A stretch of DNA of 63,720 nt, filler included, from Octopus bimaculoides (taxonomy: Eukaryota): NCBI RefSeq assembly GCF_001194135.2. It is 7 parts of 7 records of this genome, joined end to end, with 100 filler letters (N's around TTAATTAATTAA, not from the genome) between each part and the next. Parts side by side here need not be neighbours in the genome. Positions count along the whole stretch, not along the records: positions 31,939 to 39,309 come from NC_068989.1; positions 39,410 to 56,542 come from NC_068982.1; 5 more parts are not named here. One strand, written 5' to 3'. The number at the start of each line of letters is the position of its first letter. The first letter of the stretch is position 1. Under the pieces are notes generated by a model, which made no database searches, was not told the origin of the DNA, and saw only the letters and a program-made list of their open reading frames with translations. The position numbers and the translations under genes are program-made. Positions 38,875-53,174 of the stretch are shown here, one piece after another.

Positions 38875-40089
38875 TTTTCTCACATTATATCGGCACAGCT
38901 CAATACACCCATAGACAACTGATATTGCCAGTTGGTATCATCAGGCTGTAGCTGTCATAATAAAATAGGAACTTCTATATACATATTAAATAAAAACAGC
39001 GTGTCCCTTAAACGGACTTAAAGGATATATATATATAAATATTTATAACTGAGAATGTGTGTCTGTCTGTATGTGTGCATCACTAAAATTCGAAAACTAC
39101 TTACTCAATGTCTATGCAGTGTCATTTTCAGCTTCTTGCCTAATGCGAGCCCGGAGCAATTTTATATTTCTTACACTATTTCAGTATTATGTGTCAAAAG
39201 TGAAACATTAACTTCGCTATTGTAAAATGAGATACTTTCAATTTTAATAGTTTCACTATTAATCCTTAAAGTATTATCTCATATACATTCATATATATAT
39301 ATATATATANNNNNNNNNNNNNNNNNNNNNNNNNNNNNNNNNNNNNNNNNNNNTTAATTAATTAANNNNNNNNNNNNNNNNNNNNNNNNNNNNNNNNNNN
39401 NNNNNNNNNAAAACAAGCAATGTTAATTCTCTAAATGAAGTATTAACAGTAACTGCACGATAAAGTGTAGTATATTGCCACTTAAGTGTGGCTGACCCCT
39501 AGGGGTGGATGTTACTGTTGCTTTTAGCCCCAGGAGGACATCTCCTCCAGCTGGCTTATCGACACACGACTGTGTCCTGTTTGCCAAGCAAAGTTATCCC
39601 TCTCACCATGGTCTGTAGCACGAACGGATCCGGATTTCAGGGTTATTTCCCTTCGTCGGCGTTCGACAGCCACTGACCTTGGTGAGAGAGACAAAAACCT
39701 GGCAATCTTATATCTACTTTTCCATATATATATATATTCGAAACGTGGAGTAGATGGACAGGGACAACTGATGAAGGGAAATATTCTTTATGTTGCATGT
39801 CTCGTTTCTCTGTTTTTTTTCCGTTGTTCAAAAAAAGTTTGTTTTCATTTCTCATTGTGTTTAACATTTTTTTGTGATGTCCTGTACCCATATATGCATG
39901 TATGTATACATATAGATGTAGGTATGTACATATATGTATGCATATATTTATATATTATTATATTATTACATATATATATATATATATAATCAAAATAAGC
40001 AACAAGTATATCCACAGTTAATGCAGTACGATCGTTTCATGCGACTCCATTTATTTAAGCAATGTGAACATTACATCAAATGTAAAATG

Positions 40090-40530
40090 CTTGGACTCCA
40101 GATGATTTCGAAATCTCTTGCAACTCTTCTGGACAGTCTCTTTGTTTAAATTGGTGAATGCTGCCATAATCCTTGCCTTCAGTTCATCTTTGGTGTTACA
40201 AGGAGTTTTGTTGGTCTCTTACTCAACTGTGCCCCCCACACATAATAATCAAGGGGTTTGCAGTCTGGGGAGTTAGGTGGTCTGATGTTAGGGGTGATGT
40301 GGATGTAGAAATTGTCTGACAGCCATGACTGGGTTCTCCTGCTTGTGTGGCATGGTGCAGAGTCCTGTTGCCAGACATAGGGTCTTCCTGCAATCACACC
40401 TCCTCCAGGCACTTCATGAAGGCCCCCATGTTGAGTCTGAGGCTGTATGGGAAGATGAATGGAGGCGTAATGTCGCCATCACAAGTGATCACTTAAGACA
40501 CCATGATGTTGACTGGATGTTGGATTTTAA
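40090..40530 (-). mobile_element. Tc1/mariner (maT/DD37D-like) transposase catalytic-domain relic
   Basis: RPYVWQQDSAPCHTSRRTQSWL..NF....PPNSPDCKPLDYYVWG. Confidence 0.8.
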
Positions 40531-40599
40531 ATATTTGCAGAAATTGATTTCTCTGTGAAGAAAAATGGACCAATGATCTGAGTACACATCGTCCCACAC

Positions 40600-41310
40600 C
40601 AGACGTTCACCCTAAGACTAGTCATATGGAGCCACATGGGGATGTTCTGATCCCCAGATCCTCACATTATGTGTGTTCAGTTTCCCTGAAACATGAAAGG
40701 TTGTTTCATCACTAAAACAAACTCGAGGTGAGGAATGCTGCATTCACAGAAATTCATTCCAGCATGTTGACTGCAAACTCTTTTCGCCTTGGTTTATCAT
40801 TTGGTTCAAGTGCTTGTAAGAGATGCACTTTGTAAGCATGCAATCACAAGCTCTTGTGGACTTTGTGCACTGTTGATCATAGTATGGACTTTGTAGGAGA
40901 AATAGCAAAGGCTTGTCTTACATGATTGATGTTTTCCTCAGATAATTTTGGTCGTCCACTCTTTCCTTTATTCAACACTGTTCCTATTTCCATAAATTTT
41001 TTGTTCCATGCATGAAATGATGGTGGATGTCTTCCATACTTAATCCTGGGTCTGCATGTTTGATTTTGCTTCAATAAACCGTGACATACACATTGTGCCT
41101 TTTCTTGAGGAGAAGCCATTTTTTTTTAGATCTTTATTTAGCAGAAACTTTTTCATCAATAGGGTACCTGAAAAACACAAATGCAATGTGGTTAGAAACT
41201 TTGATAACCACTGGGTACACAGAACAAAGAGGATAAACATATCCCATAATTTGCCTTTGTATTAAATTTTTGAAATTGTAAAGAAACTTTATGGACATCC
41301 TGCATATGAC
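40600..41310 (-). mobile_element. Tc1/mariner relic: TIR plus N-terminal HTH region
   Basis: TIR-like TATGCAGGATGTCCATAAAGT; MASPQEKAQCV...YGRHPP..W.KKF..IGTV...KSGRP.LSEENI..VRQAF..SPTKS. Confidence 0.75.
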
Positions 41311-44300
41311 CACATGCTAACAAGGTCATATATATCCTCATGCTAACAAGGTCAATAATGAATAGTGGTCAAAAGGAGACAATGCCTTGTTGTTGATAAA
41401 GAGTAAGAAAGTCTTTTCCTCCTCCATTTTCTAAAGAGGCCACTTGTTAGACAAGCCATAGGCCAACAGGCTTAGGGTCTGAAGAAACGCTGTAAGGCTA
41501 AGCGCTTAATGGATGTGAAACCCAAAGTAATGCCATAGACTGGCCATATCTATCTTTATCTATATACTTTGCTGTTCTATAACTCAGAGTGTGCTTCTTT
41601 TTGGGATTTAAGACTCACTGACGATACATACATAATGGTGTTAGGAAGGGCATCCAGCTGTAGAAACTCTGCCAAATTTAGATTGGAGCCTGGTGTTGCC
41701 ATCCGGTTTCGCCAGTCCTCAGTCAAATCGTCCAACCCATGCTAGCATGGAAAGCGGACGTTAAACAATGATGATGATGATAAATATTGAATGACGAGAA
41801 TGAGTGATCAGCATCTTGTTGGTGGATAGAATTTCTTTATTTGTGTATTAAGGCTACCGATAGTTTCATGTTAAGAAAAAATATTTTAATAGGTGATCTT
41901 AATAGGTGCAGGAGTGGCTGTGTGGTAAGAAGCTTGCTTCACAACCACATGGTTCCAGGTTCAGTCCCACTGCATGGCACTTTGAGCAAGTGTCTTCTCC
42001 TATAGCCTCAGGCCAACCAAAGCCATGTGAATGGATTTGGTAGATGGAAACTGAAAAGAAGCCCATCATATATATATATATATACATAGATATGTATGTA
42101 TTTGTGTTTGTCCCCCACCATCACTTGACAACCAATGTTGGTGTGCTTACGTCCCCATAACATAGCGGTTTGGCAAAAGAACCCTATAGAATAAGTACTA
42201 GGCTTACAAAGAATAAAAGAGTAAAATCTTAATAATTTTTCAAACCAATCACATGGAGGTGTGGTGTTCCTCTCCATTTTGGATAAAAACTTTATATATA
42301 TAGATATATATATATATATAGATATAGTTTTTTTTTTTATTACATAGACAGTGCTGTGAAGTGCTCAGGTAGGCAACTTAACATGTTAGATATATCATGT
42401 ATCATATTTAAAAGGAGAATTCAAGTAGGTTCAACAATTTAGAATAAGAATACAACATATACTCAGCCATAAAACCAGTGTATGCAAATTATTAAAATAT
42501 ATTTAATGTATCACTCATTAAAATAATAAAAAAATATTAAAAATTTACTGATACATAAATATATAAAAATATGATAGACATATATGGGTAGAAAAACTAT
42601 AGCGATATATAAAAAAATATATGTATATATATCTGTTTCTTTATTGCCCACAGGGGACTAAACATAGAGGGGACAAACAAGGACAGACAAAGGGATTAAG
42701 TCGATTACATTGACCCCAGTGCATAACAGGTACTTATTTAATCGACCCTGAAAGGATGAAAAGCAAAGTCAACCTCAGCAGAATCTGAACTCAGAAGGTA
42801 ACGGCAGACGAAATACTGCTAAGCATTTCACCCGGCGTGCTAACGATTCTGCCAGCTCACTGCACTTATATATGTATATATATCGAAACCATAATGATAT
42901 CCGTGGGGCAGCTGATGATGGACGTATGTTGGCTTGTTAGTATGGCTGTGGGATAGTATTATAATACATCCTGTTGAGATATATATATATATATATATAT
43001 ATATTAATGTTTGTTTTTATGTTCAGTGATAATAAAAATAATTTTACGTTAATCTGATGGATCACTCTATACTTTTGTAGTGTAGAAATTTAATATTTTT
43101 AAACAAGAAAGTTATTGATAGTGACTTCGAAGTTTCAACCAGCTAAGCAATCAAAGTCATTGTCAATAATATTCTTATTTAAAAACAATAAATATACATG
43201 TGTGTGTATGTATGTGTGTATGTATGTGTGTGCGCGTGCATCTCTATATGTGTTTGTCCCCCACCCCACCACTACTTGACAACTTAGCAGATTGGCAAAA
43301 GGAACCAAGATATTAAGCAGCAGGCTGAAAATCATAAGTATCAGAGTCAATTTAACTAAGAATTCTTCAAGGCAATGCTCCAGCATGGCCGCAGTCTAAT
43401 GACTGAAATAAACAAAAAAGGGTAAAAGACATACATATTATTAACATCTTCATTGTTCTCAAAGCAAAGTATTGTGTCATATGAGGAGTAACTTTAGAAG
43501 TGTACTTTCACAACACCATGGGAAATTTGATACAAGTTGGATTATAATTATTTATGAATGCCATATCTCCTGATATCACCTTTGGTGGTGGAAATGTATT
43601 AATATCGTAGCAGTTGGTAGAGTTTGCTGTAAGGTTTTAAGTTAGTAAATACCCTGGTGATTAATGCAAAGAAAGGGGTGGGGGAATACTCAACTAATGA
43701 AAACCTTATTTGAAAAGCATCTAAGGAAAATTATACATTCCAATTAATATTAATTACTACGGAGCCTTTCTCAGTAATTTCTAACTGCTCTGTCATTTAT
43801 ACCCCCTTCTATCAACCCCCTTTCTCCTCCCCTCTCTGTCATATATGTGTGTGTGTCTTTGTCCCTCACCACTGCTTGACAACTGGTGCTGGTGTGTTTA
43901 TGTCCCTGTAACTTAGCAGTTCAGCAAAAGAGAATCGTAGAGTAAGTACCTGGCTTAAAAGAAAAAAATAAGTGGTAGGGGTGGGGTCAATTCATTAATC
44001 TAGAAATTCTTCCCAGCTGTGCTCCAGTATGGCTGCAATCTAATGACTAAAACATGTAAAAGATAAATGGATTATTGAAATTTTGTAAATGAGAAACCTT
44101 ATCAAAGGGATTTGTACAATTTTAATAGCAAAAATTAACATTTTACTGACTCAATCACTTCTCATCCATATTTCAACTAAAAAAAAAATAGACCCCCTTC
44201 AGTTGTGAATGACCATGGGATTGCACCTAGAAAGTTCCCCTCTGAGGCACAAGTCCAGGCAAGGTTGTTTATGGAAGACCAGCAGTCAACCATGCATACC

Positions 44301-44909
44301 AGTTTCCCCTCTCTATGCTGCCCATGTTATCCAAGGCGAAGGCAAAGGGGCCGATACAGCTTGGCACCAGTAATGCTGCAACTCATTTCTACAGATAAGT
44401 GAACTGGAGCAATGTGAAATAAAGTGTCTTGCTCAAGAACACAACACACAGCCTGGTCTGGGAATCGAACTTACTACCTCATGAGAGTCAGCCCAACGCT
44501 CCAAACACTGAGCCATGCACCTTCATCATATTTCAACTAGAATACTTGAAATTTACAAGATGCTACAATTGTATTTGTTTATTCTTAAATATATCAAAAT
44601 CATTGGAATTATGTCTATATAAGTTGCTGTTATTGATCAGCCATACACTTAGGCAGAAAGAGCTGCTGAAAGGACCTCTAAGTAGCTGCTTAATCTACTA
44701 AAAGTGGCAGTCCAATCTTCAAAATTCACCCTTCCAATCAGCTGTTGTTAATCCATTCCTGGATGGATAAAACTCTTAACCCTTTTGATGCCAACCAGCT
44801 GAAATTGTCCCTGTCCTTTTCATGTAAACTTCTTTTTTTCAAAGCGATCGACTTTTAAAACCTCCCATCTAAGTTTCATGTTAATTCATGTTCCATGCAT
44901 CATCTTAAT

Positions 44910-45082
44910 AATGACAAAATTACAAGGGGGTGCTGAAAAGTTCCTGGCTTTAAGGGTATCATGAAAGGCCTGGTTGGAAGCCCAACCTTCTGAGTTCTTT
45001 TACAGGGCTTAGGAAAACTGAAGGACCACTGCAATAAGTGTGTGAATCTGAGAGGGGAATATGTTGCATAAAATCATAATTA
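44910..45082 (+). mobile_element. Internally deleted mariner derivative
   Basis: TIR TACAAGGGGGTGCTGAAAAGTTCCTGGC joined to the transposase C-terminal GL.KL.D..NKCV.LRGEYV.* segment. Confidence 0.6.
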
Positions 45083-46854
45083 ACATAGGCGCAGGAGTGG
45101 CTGTGTGGTAAGTAGCATGATTACCAACCACATGGTTCCAGGTTCAGTCCCACTGCGTGGCACCTTGGGCAAGTGTCTTCTACTATAACCTTGGGCCGAC
45201 CAAAGCCTTGTGAGTGGATTTGGTAGACAGAAACTGAAAGAAGCCTGTCGTATATATGTATATGTATATATATGTGTGTTTGTCCCCCCCAATATCACTT
45301 GACAACCGATGCTGTGTGTTTACGTCCCCGTAACTTAGCGGTTTGGCAAAAGATACCGATAGAATAAGTACTAAGCTTACAAAGAATAAGTCCTGGGGTC
45401 AATTTGCTCGACTAAAGGCTGTGCTCCAGCACGGCCGCAGTCAAATGACTGAAACAAGTAAAAAAGTAACTTATCTTCCTGTATTTTCTTTTACTCAAAA
45501 CCAGGAACTTTTCAGTATCCTCTTGTATTTAAATTCTTCAATATTTTCAAAATTAATTGAAACAAACTCAGTATGTTTCAACAGAAATATGGTAAGAAGA
45601 AGGTTAACATGACATTGTCAACTTACATATTATGTTGGTTGGTATGTCTGTCCTGTTTATGCTGGCCAGTTGTAAATTAGATGGGATTACGAATGGTAAT
45701 CACCTGTAGTAAGGTGATTGACTCTGGCCATTGGCACCTGCAGTTCACCTGACAGCAGCAGTTCTCAACCATCCATTTGCTGTCTTCTGATGGTTTCTCT
45801 CTATAAATAAAACAAAATTTTTCTTGAATTGATTTATTTACTTATTTTGGTGTGGATCCCTAAAAAAATCCAGGGTTTGGATCTGACCTGGATACTAATA
45901 ATATTTTTAAGTGAGATAATTATTGCAGGAATTTGTAAAAATTAATCCTCTCATAATTTTATGAAACTTTGTTCATAATTTTTGAAATGATGAAATTAGA
46001 TATAAAAAATCTCAAAATCAGGTTTTACAAATTAGTGTTCCATCAATCTGATTCTTCATTAATTCTCATTTTATTCAAAATTATGCTTCCTTTTTCAATA
46101 CTAATTTGTCATTTCAAATTAATTCATCATTGCTTTTAATATCCAGAAAATTATATTTCTTGTCATCTCTCCAAAATGCCATGAATCTAAACTTTGATAA
46201 ATGTATTGTTGTGTTTGCAAATAAGCTTCATTTCTGAATATACCAGTCTTGCTATACAGTCTCTTGGAAAATACATGGTAATCAATTTTAAAGACTTTAT
46301 TCACAAAGTCTTTGCATATTTCGATAAAATATGGAATCTTGCAATATTTTGTGGAAGAATTTGGTAAGTTGAATTGTCATGAAGAATGAAAATTCTAACA
46401 TTCTGGATCCTTACCAATTCTAACCTCCTGAATCCTCCTGAGAGTTAAGAAGAGAAAGAAAGATTAAGTGGTTTTGTTGCTGCTTGCATCCAAAATTACA
46501 ACACTTTCAGATGAAGAGGAAAGGCTCAAAATATTAGATTATCCATGCTTCACATCAATTTTAAAATTCATTCAACAATTTTTTTTTCGTTATATATATA
46601 TAAAGCTGATCTGCTGTTTTTGTCATTACTATGATTTCTTACATAGACACAAAATGATAAATTTGAGGGAGAAACCTTAAGTATTTATTTAACCAAAATT
46701 CCAGCAGGAAGAAAGCCAAAGTTAATCTTGGTATGATTTGAAATCTCTGCATAAAGATTGTAACTAAATGAATATTGCATTGTGAGCTAATGATTTTTGT
46801 CAGCCCACACTACTACTACAACTAATAATAATGATGATGATGATGATGATGATA

Positions 46855-47226
46855 AGCACTCAGAGAGTGCAAACCTCCGCCAAGGCAACGATTAGCCAGA
46901 GGTGATTTTTAACGATTAGCCAGAGATGATTTTTAAAATGAGAATATCTGAAATAAACTCAACTGCTCTCACAAATGAGAATACTAAAAATGAACCCGAC
47001 CGCTCTCAAAAATTAAGTAAAAGAACCGGGAAAATAATCCAGAATCCTTGTTTGGTACCAGATCGATCCCAAATCTACCCAGTTCATGCCAGTCACGAGG
47101 CCAAACATCCCTGAAAGTTTCATCCGAATCCAGCAGTTATTGAGGCATCTTGTCCATAGACAAACAAACAAACAAACAAACACGACTGAAAACAATACCT
47201 CCGCCTTAGCGAAGGCAGAGGTAATA
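46855..47226 (+). mobile_element. Helentron/HINE-like non-autonomous element
   Basis: 5' ACCTCCGCCAAGG, internal ...AAAGTTTCATCCGAATCC..., (ACAA)n, and a 3' hairpin ACCTCCGCCTTAGCGAAGGCAGAGGT followed by AAT. Confidence 0.55.
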
Positions 47227-47659
47227 ATTCTTTCTACTGGAAATAAAAGGCCTCAAATTTGGGGGAAGGGATTAAGTCGATTACAACGACCCCAGTGTGT
47301 AACTGGTATTTATTTAATCAACCCCAAAAGGATGAAAGGTAAAGTCGACCTTGGCAGAATTTGAACTCGGAACATAGCAGCAGATGAAATACCGCTAAGC
47401 ATGCTCACGATTCTGCCATCTTACCACATTAAAACTACTACTACTACAAACAATAATAATCCTTTTTACTAAAGGCAGAAGGTCTGACATTTTGGGAGAG
47501 GGGACTAGTCAATTACATCAACTCCGAAAGGATGAAAGACAAAATCAGCCTCATCAGAATTTGAACTCAGAACGAAATGATGAAGGAAATGCCACCAAGC
47601 ATTTTGCCCAGTATGCTAATGGTTCTGCCAGCTCACTACCTTAATAATAATGATGATGA

Positions 47660-48085
47660 TAATAATAATATGCCAGTAGACACAAATTGAGAAATTAAGG
47701 CCAATAGGTCAGATATAGTTGTTAGAGATCAAGAAAAAAAATACTTTCTAATCAATGTGTCAATACCAACAGATGACAACATTTCTCTAAAAGAAACAGA
47801 GAAACTTTCAAAATACAAAAACCTGGAAATAGAGGCAACTTGAATGTGGAGCCTAAAAACAAACAATTCCAATCATAATAGGCACGTTAGGTATGAAAAA
47901 AAAAAAAATTCAGACAAATACATAACAAAAACAGCAGAACTTACAAGTATATATAACATACAGAAAATAGCACCACTAGGCATCACACACATCCTACACT
48001 TTCAATACAGTAAAAATAAGAGCATCATATCAAACCAGAGCACATACCCAAGATGCACAGAGCTGCAGTGAAAGCACACGATAAA
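47660..48085 (+). mobile_element. RLE-type LINE 3' fragment 1
   Basis: IKANRSDIVVRDQ..YFLINVSIPTDDNISLKETEKLSKYKNLEIE...WSLKT..IPIIIGTLG; (TAA)n on both sides. Confidence 0.8.
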
Positions 48086-48354
48086 AATAAGACTACTAAA
48101 TAATAATAATGATGATGATGATTTCATTTATTTGCCACAAGGGTGAAGGATCAGGGGACAATACAAAGACAAAGTGCGGGGGTTTACATGTAATGAAAGG
48201 ATAAAAAAGAAAGAAAGTATACACTGAAAAAGAAGGGACATATGCATAACATACAAAGGTTTAAAAAAAATAAGTGGCATGGAGGATGATAGAAATGTGA
48301 CCCTCCTGATACAGGAAGGCCTCTAGGGATAATCGAGGAACCCCACTGTCCAAT

Positions 48355-48545
48355 GATAATAAAATTTGAAATGGCAAGAATTTGGAGAATGAAAACTAAA
48401 GGTTGTGCATTGCAGTAATTGATGCATTGGGAATTGTAAGTAAATTTATAGACGAATGATTGATCAAGATTGGAAAAGAATGTCCTTGCCTCTTAGGAAC
48501 AGAAAAGATTATCCGGAGGGTTTTAAGCACTTGAAAGCTTGTGGA
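48355..48545 (+). mobile_element. RLE-type LINE 3' fragment 2
   Basis: AVIDALGIVSK...LIKIG..CLLGTEKIIRRVLST*. Confidence 0.6.
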
Positions 48546-48639
48546 TACATAAGGTTACAGGTAGTAACCCACTACTCACATAAATTCTAACAGGAATAAG
48601 AATGAACAATGGTATGGCACATTGTTAGCAAATGCCCAA

Positions 48640-49212
48640 AATTGACATAATGCGAATATAAATGATGACAATGTGGCAAGAATGACCCACTGGGAGCTCT
48701 GTCGAAATCACGACCTACAAAGAGAAAAGACGTGGTATGAGCAAACCCCAGAAGTCACCAAAAATGAGAATTGCAAAATACTGTGGGATGCAATGATCCA
48801 GTGCGACCAGGCATAGGAAACCAGACATTGATGTTGTGAATAAAAAAGAAAGATAATCAACATTGCATACCCTGGTGACAACAGGATCAACGTGAAAGAA
48901 GAAGAAATAAACAACTATGATAATTTAAAGTGGGAAATAAGAAGGTTGTGGTCAATAAAGAGAGTAGACCTAATACCAATAGTAATTGACACACTTGGAA
49001 GTATCAGCACTGAACTACTAACATAGATGAAAAAGATTGGTGCAAGTGTGGAGGTAGAACACCTGCAAAAACCAGCATTGCTTGGAACTGCAAGAATTCT
49101 TCCCAGGGTTCTTGAAGCAGGACCAGTAAACAAGGGTCACCTTAGTCTGCTGGCTGTGGACAGCTGACACTTTTCATCATACGCAGCTGTGAGTTTTCAT
49201 ATAATAATAGTA
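48640..49212 (+). mobile_element. RLE-type LINE 3' fragment 3
   Basis: KILWDAMIQCD...INIAYPGDNRINVKEEE...DNLKWEIRRLWS..LIPIVI.TLG...LQKPALLGTARILPRVLE; ends in (ATA)n. Confidence 0.8.
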
Positions 49213-49514
49213 ATAATTTTTTTTACTCTAGGCACAAGGCCCGGAATTTTGGGGGATGGGACCAGTTGATTGGATTGACCACAGTACACAACTGGTACAT
49301 AATTTATCAACCCCGAAAGAATGAAAGGTAAAGTTGACCCCCAGCAGAATTTGAACTCAGAATGCAAAGATGGACAAAATACCACTAAGTATACTCGTAA
49401 GTATTTTGCTCAGCATGCTAACCATTCTGCCAGCTCACTGCCTTGATGATGATGATAATAAAAATAAAACAACTGAATGATAATTATAATAATAATAATG
49501 ATGATAATAATGAT

Positions 49515-49875
49515 AAAGAGAACAGTAAGTGCCAGATAATTGACTTTACAGTCCCAAATGAGGAGAAAATCAATATGCAATGTATAGAAAACATAGCAAA
49601 GTACCAGGACCTAATCATTCAATTACAGAGACTATGGAAAGTTTGGGTAAAGTGTATCCCAGTAGTTATAGGTGCATTAGGAACTATCCCTAAATAATTG
49701 ATCAGATGGATAGAGGAAATAGGCATGAAACCCAGTTTAGTACAGCTCCAGAAAATAGTGTTATTAGGGACAGCTAAGATACTTAGGAGGGTTCTTCGCA
49801 TTTAAGGTTATTTGTTGTAGCCCAATGTTAGGAATTTTTTTTTGCAACAGTCTAATCTATATGAATAATAATAAA
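49515..49875 (+). mobile_element. RLE-type LINE 3' fragment 4
   Basis: CQIIDFTVPNEEKI...ENIAKYQDL..QLQRLWKV..IPVVIGALGTIP...LQKIVLLGTAKILRRVL; (TAA)n flanks. Confidence 0.8.
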
Positions 49876-52170
49876 AATAATAAGAAATTGGAAGTGTTAT
49901 CATGTACATGTTTTGTCATGATATAAAAGATGGCCTACAGCAAATATTCTGCTCAATACTACAGATTTGCTTCTTAGTTCTTTGACCTTAAGCAGTTGAG
50001 CATGTCCCTTGGTGGCTGACAATATGTGCATCTCTGATCACAAGCAGAAGTAGTGGGGGAGCATCATAGCCATTTGTTGAGAGGAATTCTTTGTGGTTTG
50101 AATAATTCAGCTCTGGAAACATGGGTGTTTTGCTCAACATCCTTAAACAACCCTTATTCAGGGACCTTTTGAGTATGATGGGCTACTCGACCTGAAGAAA
50201 ATTTTAACTGAGTTCCACCTGCAAGGTTATGTGCTGTTTATCTTGATATAGGATCACCATGTCACACACATATAGTTGTAATGCATGTGACTGGTGTACC
50301 CTTATAAGACAGGTAGTCATGATGGGTATACTGGGCTTTTGATGGCATGTGCTTCTCTCTCACCCAATAATAATAATAATTGTTTGCAATAGAGGCACAA
50401 GGCCTATATTAAACTTGGGGTAAGGTGTAATTAATTAGGACAGGGCTCCGTTGTTGACCGGCATTTATTTTATTGATCCTGGAAAGATGAAAGAATAAAC
50501 TAAGGCTTGCAGGATTCGAATTGAAAACATAAAGAGATGTAACTAAATACCACACTGCATTCATTCCAATGCTGTCTATAATAATAATAATGATAATAAT
50601 AACAACAATGGCAATAATAATAATAACATTGATAAAACTAATAGTAATAATAATAGTTCTTTCTTGCTCTCTTTTCCACTTTCAATAACGATATATTTTA
50701 TTAGTTTTTAAGATTTATCTGCTTTAGGCAGTTCGGTTTTTTTGAATCTATTTTTTTCCTTCAATATTTTATTTGACACTAGTTGTTTTGTCAACATTTA
50801 GTGATTCTAAAGCTGACAGCTGCTGTTACTTTTCTTTTTTTTTCCCCCCTTGTTTTGTTATTTTCTAAAGAAAATCTGTTATATCTACCTGAATAGGTTT
50901 ATGAATTTCAGAAATAAAATAAAAATGTTCTTTTATTTGAAACTATAGCTGTATTGTCTGTTTTATTGAACAAGTTTGTTGTCAAGACTCGTACTAAAAC
51001 GAATGTATCTGATAAAGAGTGAAAGAATGTTTCATAGTATTTTCCGTTAATTGATATACGTTTGGTATTTTATGTGAATCATCATGTCAGATTCTCTACG
51101 AAGTTTTTTACTGGCAGATAGAACAACTTTTGTTTCCTAGTATATCAACTATTTTTAAGTCTCATATGTCTTTGACAATATCTTTAATTTAATTACTTTA
51201 ATGGTAATAACCATACAAATTCTTTAAATTGTTTTAACTCATGAAACTGATCATCATTCAGGAAATTTGCATAATTTGCATGTATTTTAGTTTGCTTTCC
51301 TTTTAATTTTGAATTGCTTTATTTTCTTTTTTTTTGTTCTAAATATTTTTGTAATATATCTTACGTTTTTCTTGAAATTAAATTTATTAAAATGAAGCAG
51401 AAGCTCATGCATACAATTGGAGATACAAATTTCTCCTTTAGGAAGAATTGAAACAAGGCAAAATTAAGATATATTGAAAAGAAGAAACAATAAATACAGT
51501 CTTTTATAGCAGATGAGAAAAATGTGAGATAATTTGAAGAAAATTGGAAAGTAAATGTAAGACAATGTACAACTGTAAATGATGTATAGACTTTGAAATG
51601 GTGTCAGCATCCTGTGAAATAGAATTTGAATAAACACATTGCAAATAAATTTAATTACAATAAACATAAAAATATTTGCTAAATCATTCAACTGGAAATT
51701 TATCAATTTATCAAATATTTCCATAGACCTGAAATGGTAGACTGCATGACAAAATGGCTTATATTATTTTAAACCTGTCTGCCTATATTACAAATTCAAA
51801 CCACACCGGAGCCAATTTCACCTTTTCCTCCATCCCTTCAAAGTGCCCGGCGTATTTTTGGTATTAACAGAACCATTCATACTAACTGCCTGATGAGACA
51901 TCAATACCAGAAGCAATTGCAAACTTTTTATTATATTTTCTGATTGTTATGCAAATGCAAAAAGATATTTTATTCGATACTCAACTAAACTATGGTACAC
52001 AATTAAATAACTATTATCAGAGACTGACGGAATAAGGTCTAAACTTTAAAAAAACTAAGTATTGAGTTTATTTTGTTTGATTAAAACTCTTCAAGCTGGT
52101 GCCCCAGAATGGTCTCAGTCCAATGACCGAAACAAGTAAAAGAGAAGATATAGAATAAGAGCATGCAAGC

Positions 52171-52502
52171 CAGTGTTTCTCAACCTTTTTACCTTTGCAG
52201 AACCCTTAAAATAAATTACAAGTCTCAAGGAACCCTTGAACAAAAAAAAAATTATATACCATATCTTTCTCATATTTTTTTCATTGTAGTGCACATGGTA
52301 AACACCATATATATATATAACATTATAGGCGTAGGAGTGGCTGTGTGGTCAGTAGCTTGCTTACCAATCACATGGTTCTGGGTTCAGCCCCATTGCGTGG
52401 CTCCTTGAGCAAGTGTCTTCTGCTATAGCCTCAGGCCGACCAAAGCCTTGTGAGTGGATTTGGTAGACAGAAACTGAAAGAAGCCCATTGTGTGTGTGTA
52501 TG

Positions 52503-52556
<54 letters not shown>

Positions 52557-53174
52557 TGTCCCCGCAACATTGCTTGACAACCGATGCTGGTGTGTTTACG
52601 TCCCCGTAACTTAGCGGTTCGGCAAATGGAACCGATAGAATAAGTACTAGGCTTACAAAGAATAAGTCCTGGGGTCAATTTACTCAACTAAAGGCAGTGC
52701 TTCAGCATGGCCACAGTCAAATGACTGAAACAAGTAAAAGAATATATATATATTTAAAATAATAAATAATATATATGTATATATAAAATAATAATAAATA
52801 ATATATATATATGCATATATAGGTACAGGACGTCACCAACTGTGTAAACAACATGAAATACATAGACAAATGAGTTAAATACATAAACAACAGAAAAAAT
52901 GGAAAACAGGGCAAGTAAACACAAAGAAACGACCATTCATCAGTTGTTGGCTGTCTATCTACTCATTTCTAGCATTCAATGACAATATGATTCTTCAAAG
53001 GCAGTTAATATATATAATAGGTTAGATAGAATGATGTCTATATTACAATATTAGAAAAACCAATAATATTTTGTGCATGTATAGTAATATTATGATCATG
53101 AAATTAGCATTAGCTTATCTCACTCACTTTTGCGGAACCCTAGGGTTCTGGGAAACCCCGGTTGAGAAACACTG
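52171..53174. mobile_element. hAT-type MITE carrying a nested SINE A and a further repeat
   Basis: Perfect 15-bp TIRs CAGTGTTTCTCAACC / GGTTGAGAAACACTG, GGAACCC subterminal motifs, 8-bp flanks ATGCAAGC / ATATAAAC (5/8 match). Confidence 0.8.

Noticed and set aside
39760-39800. Other CTGATGA motifs (39765, 51889, 35524, 38938-)
   Set aside because: They lack a correctly placed GAAA and/or stem II, so they were not called hammerheads.
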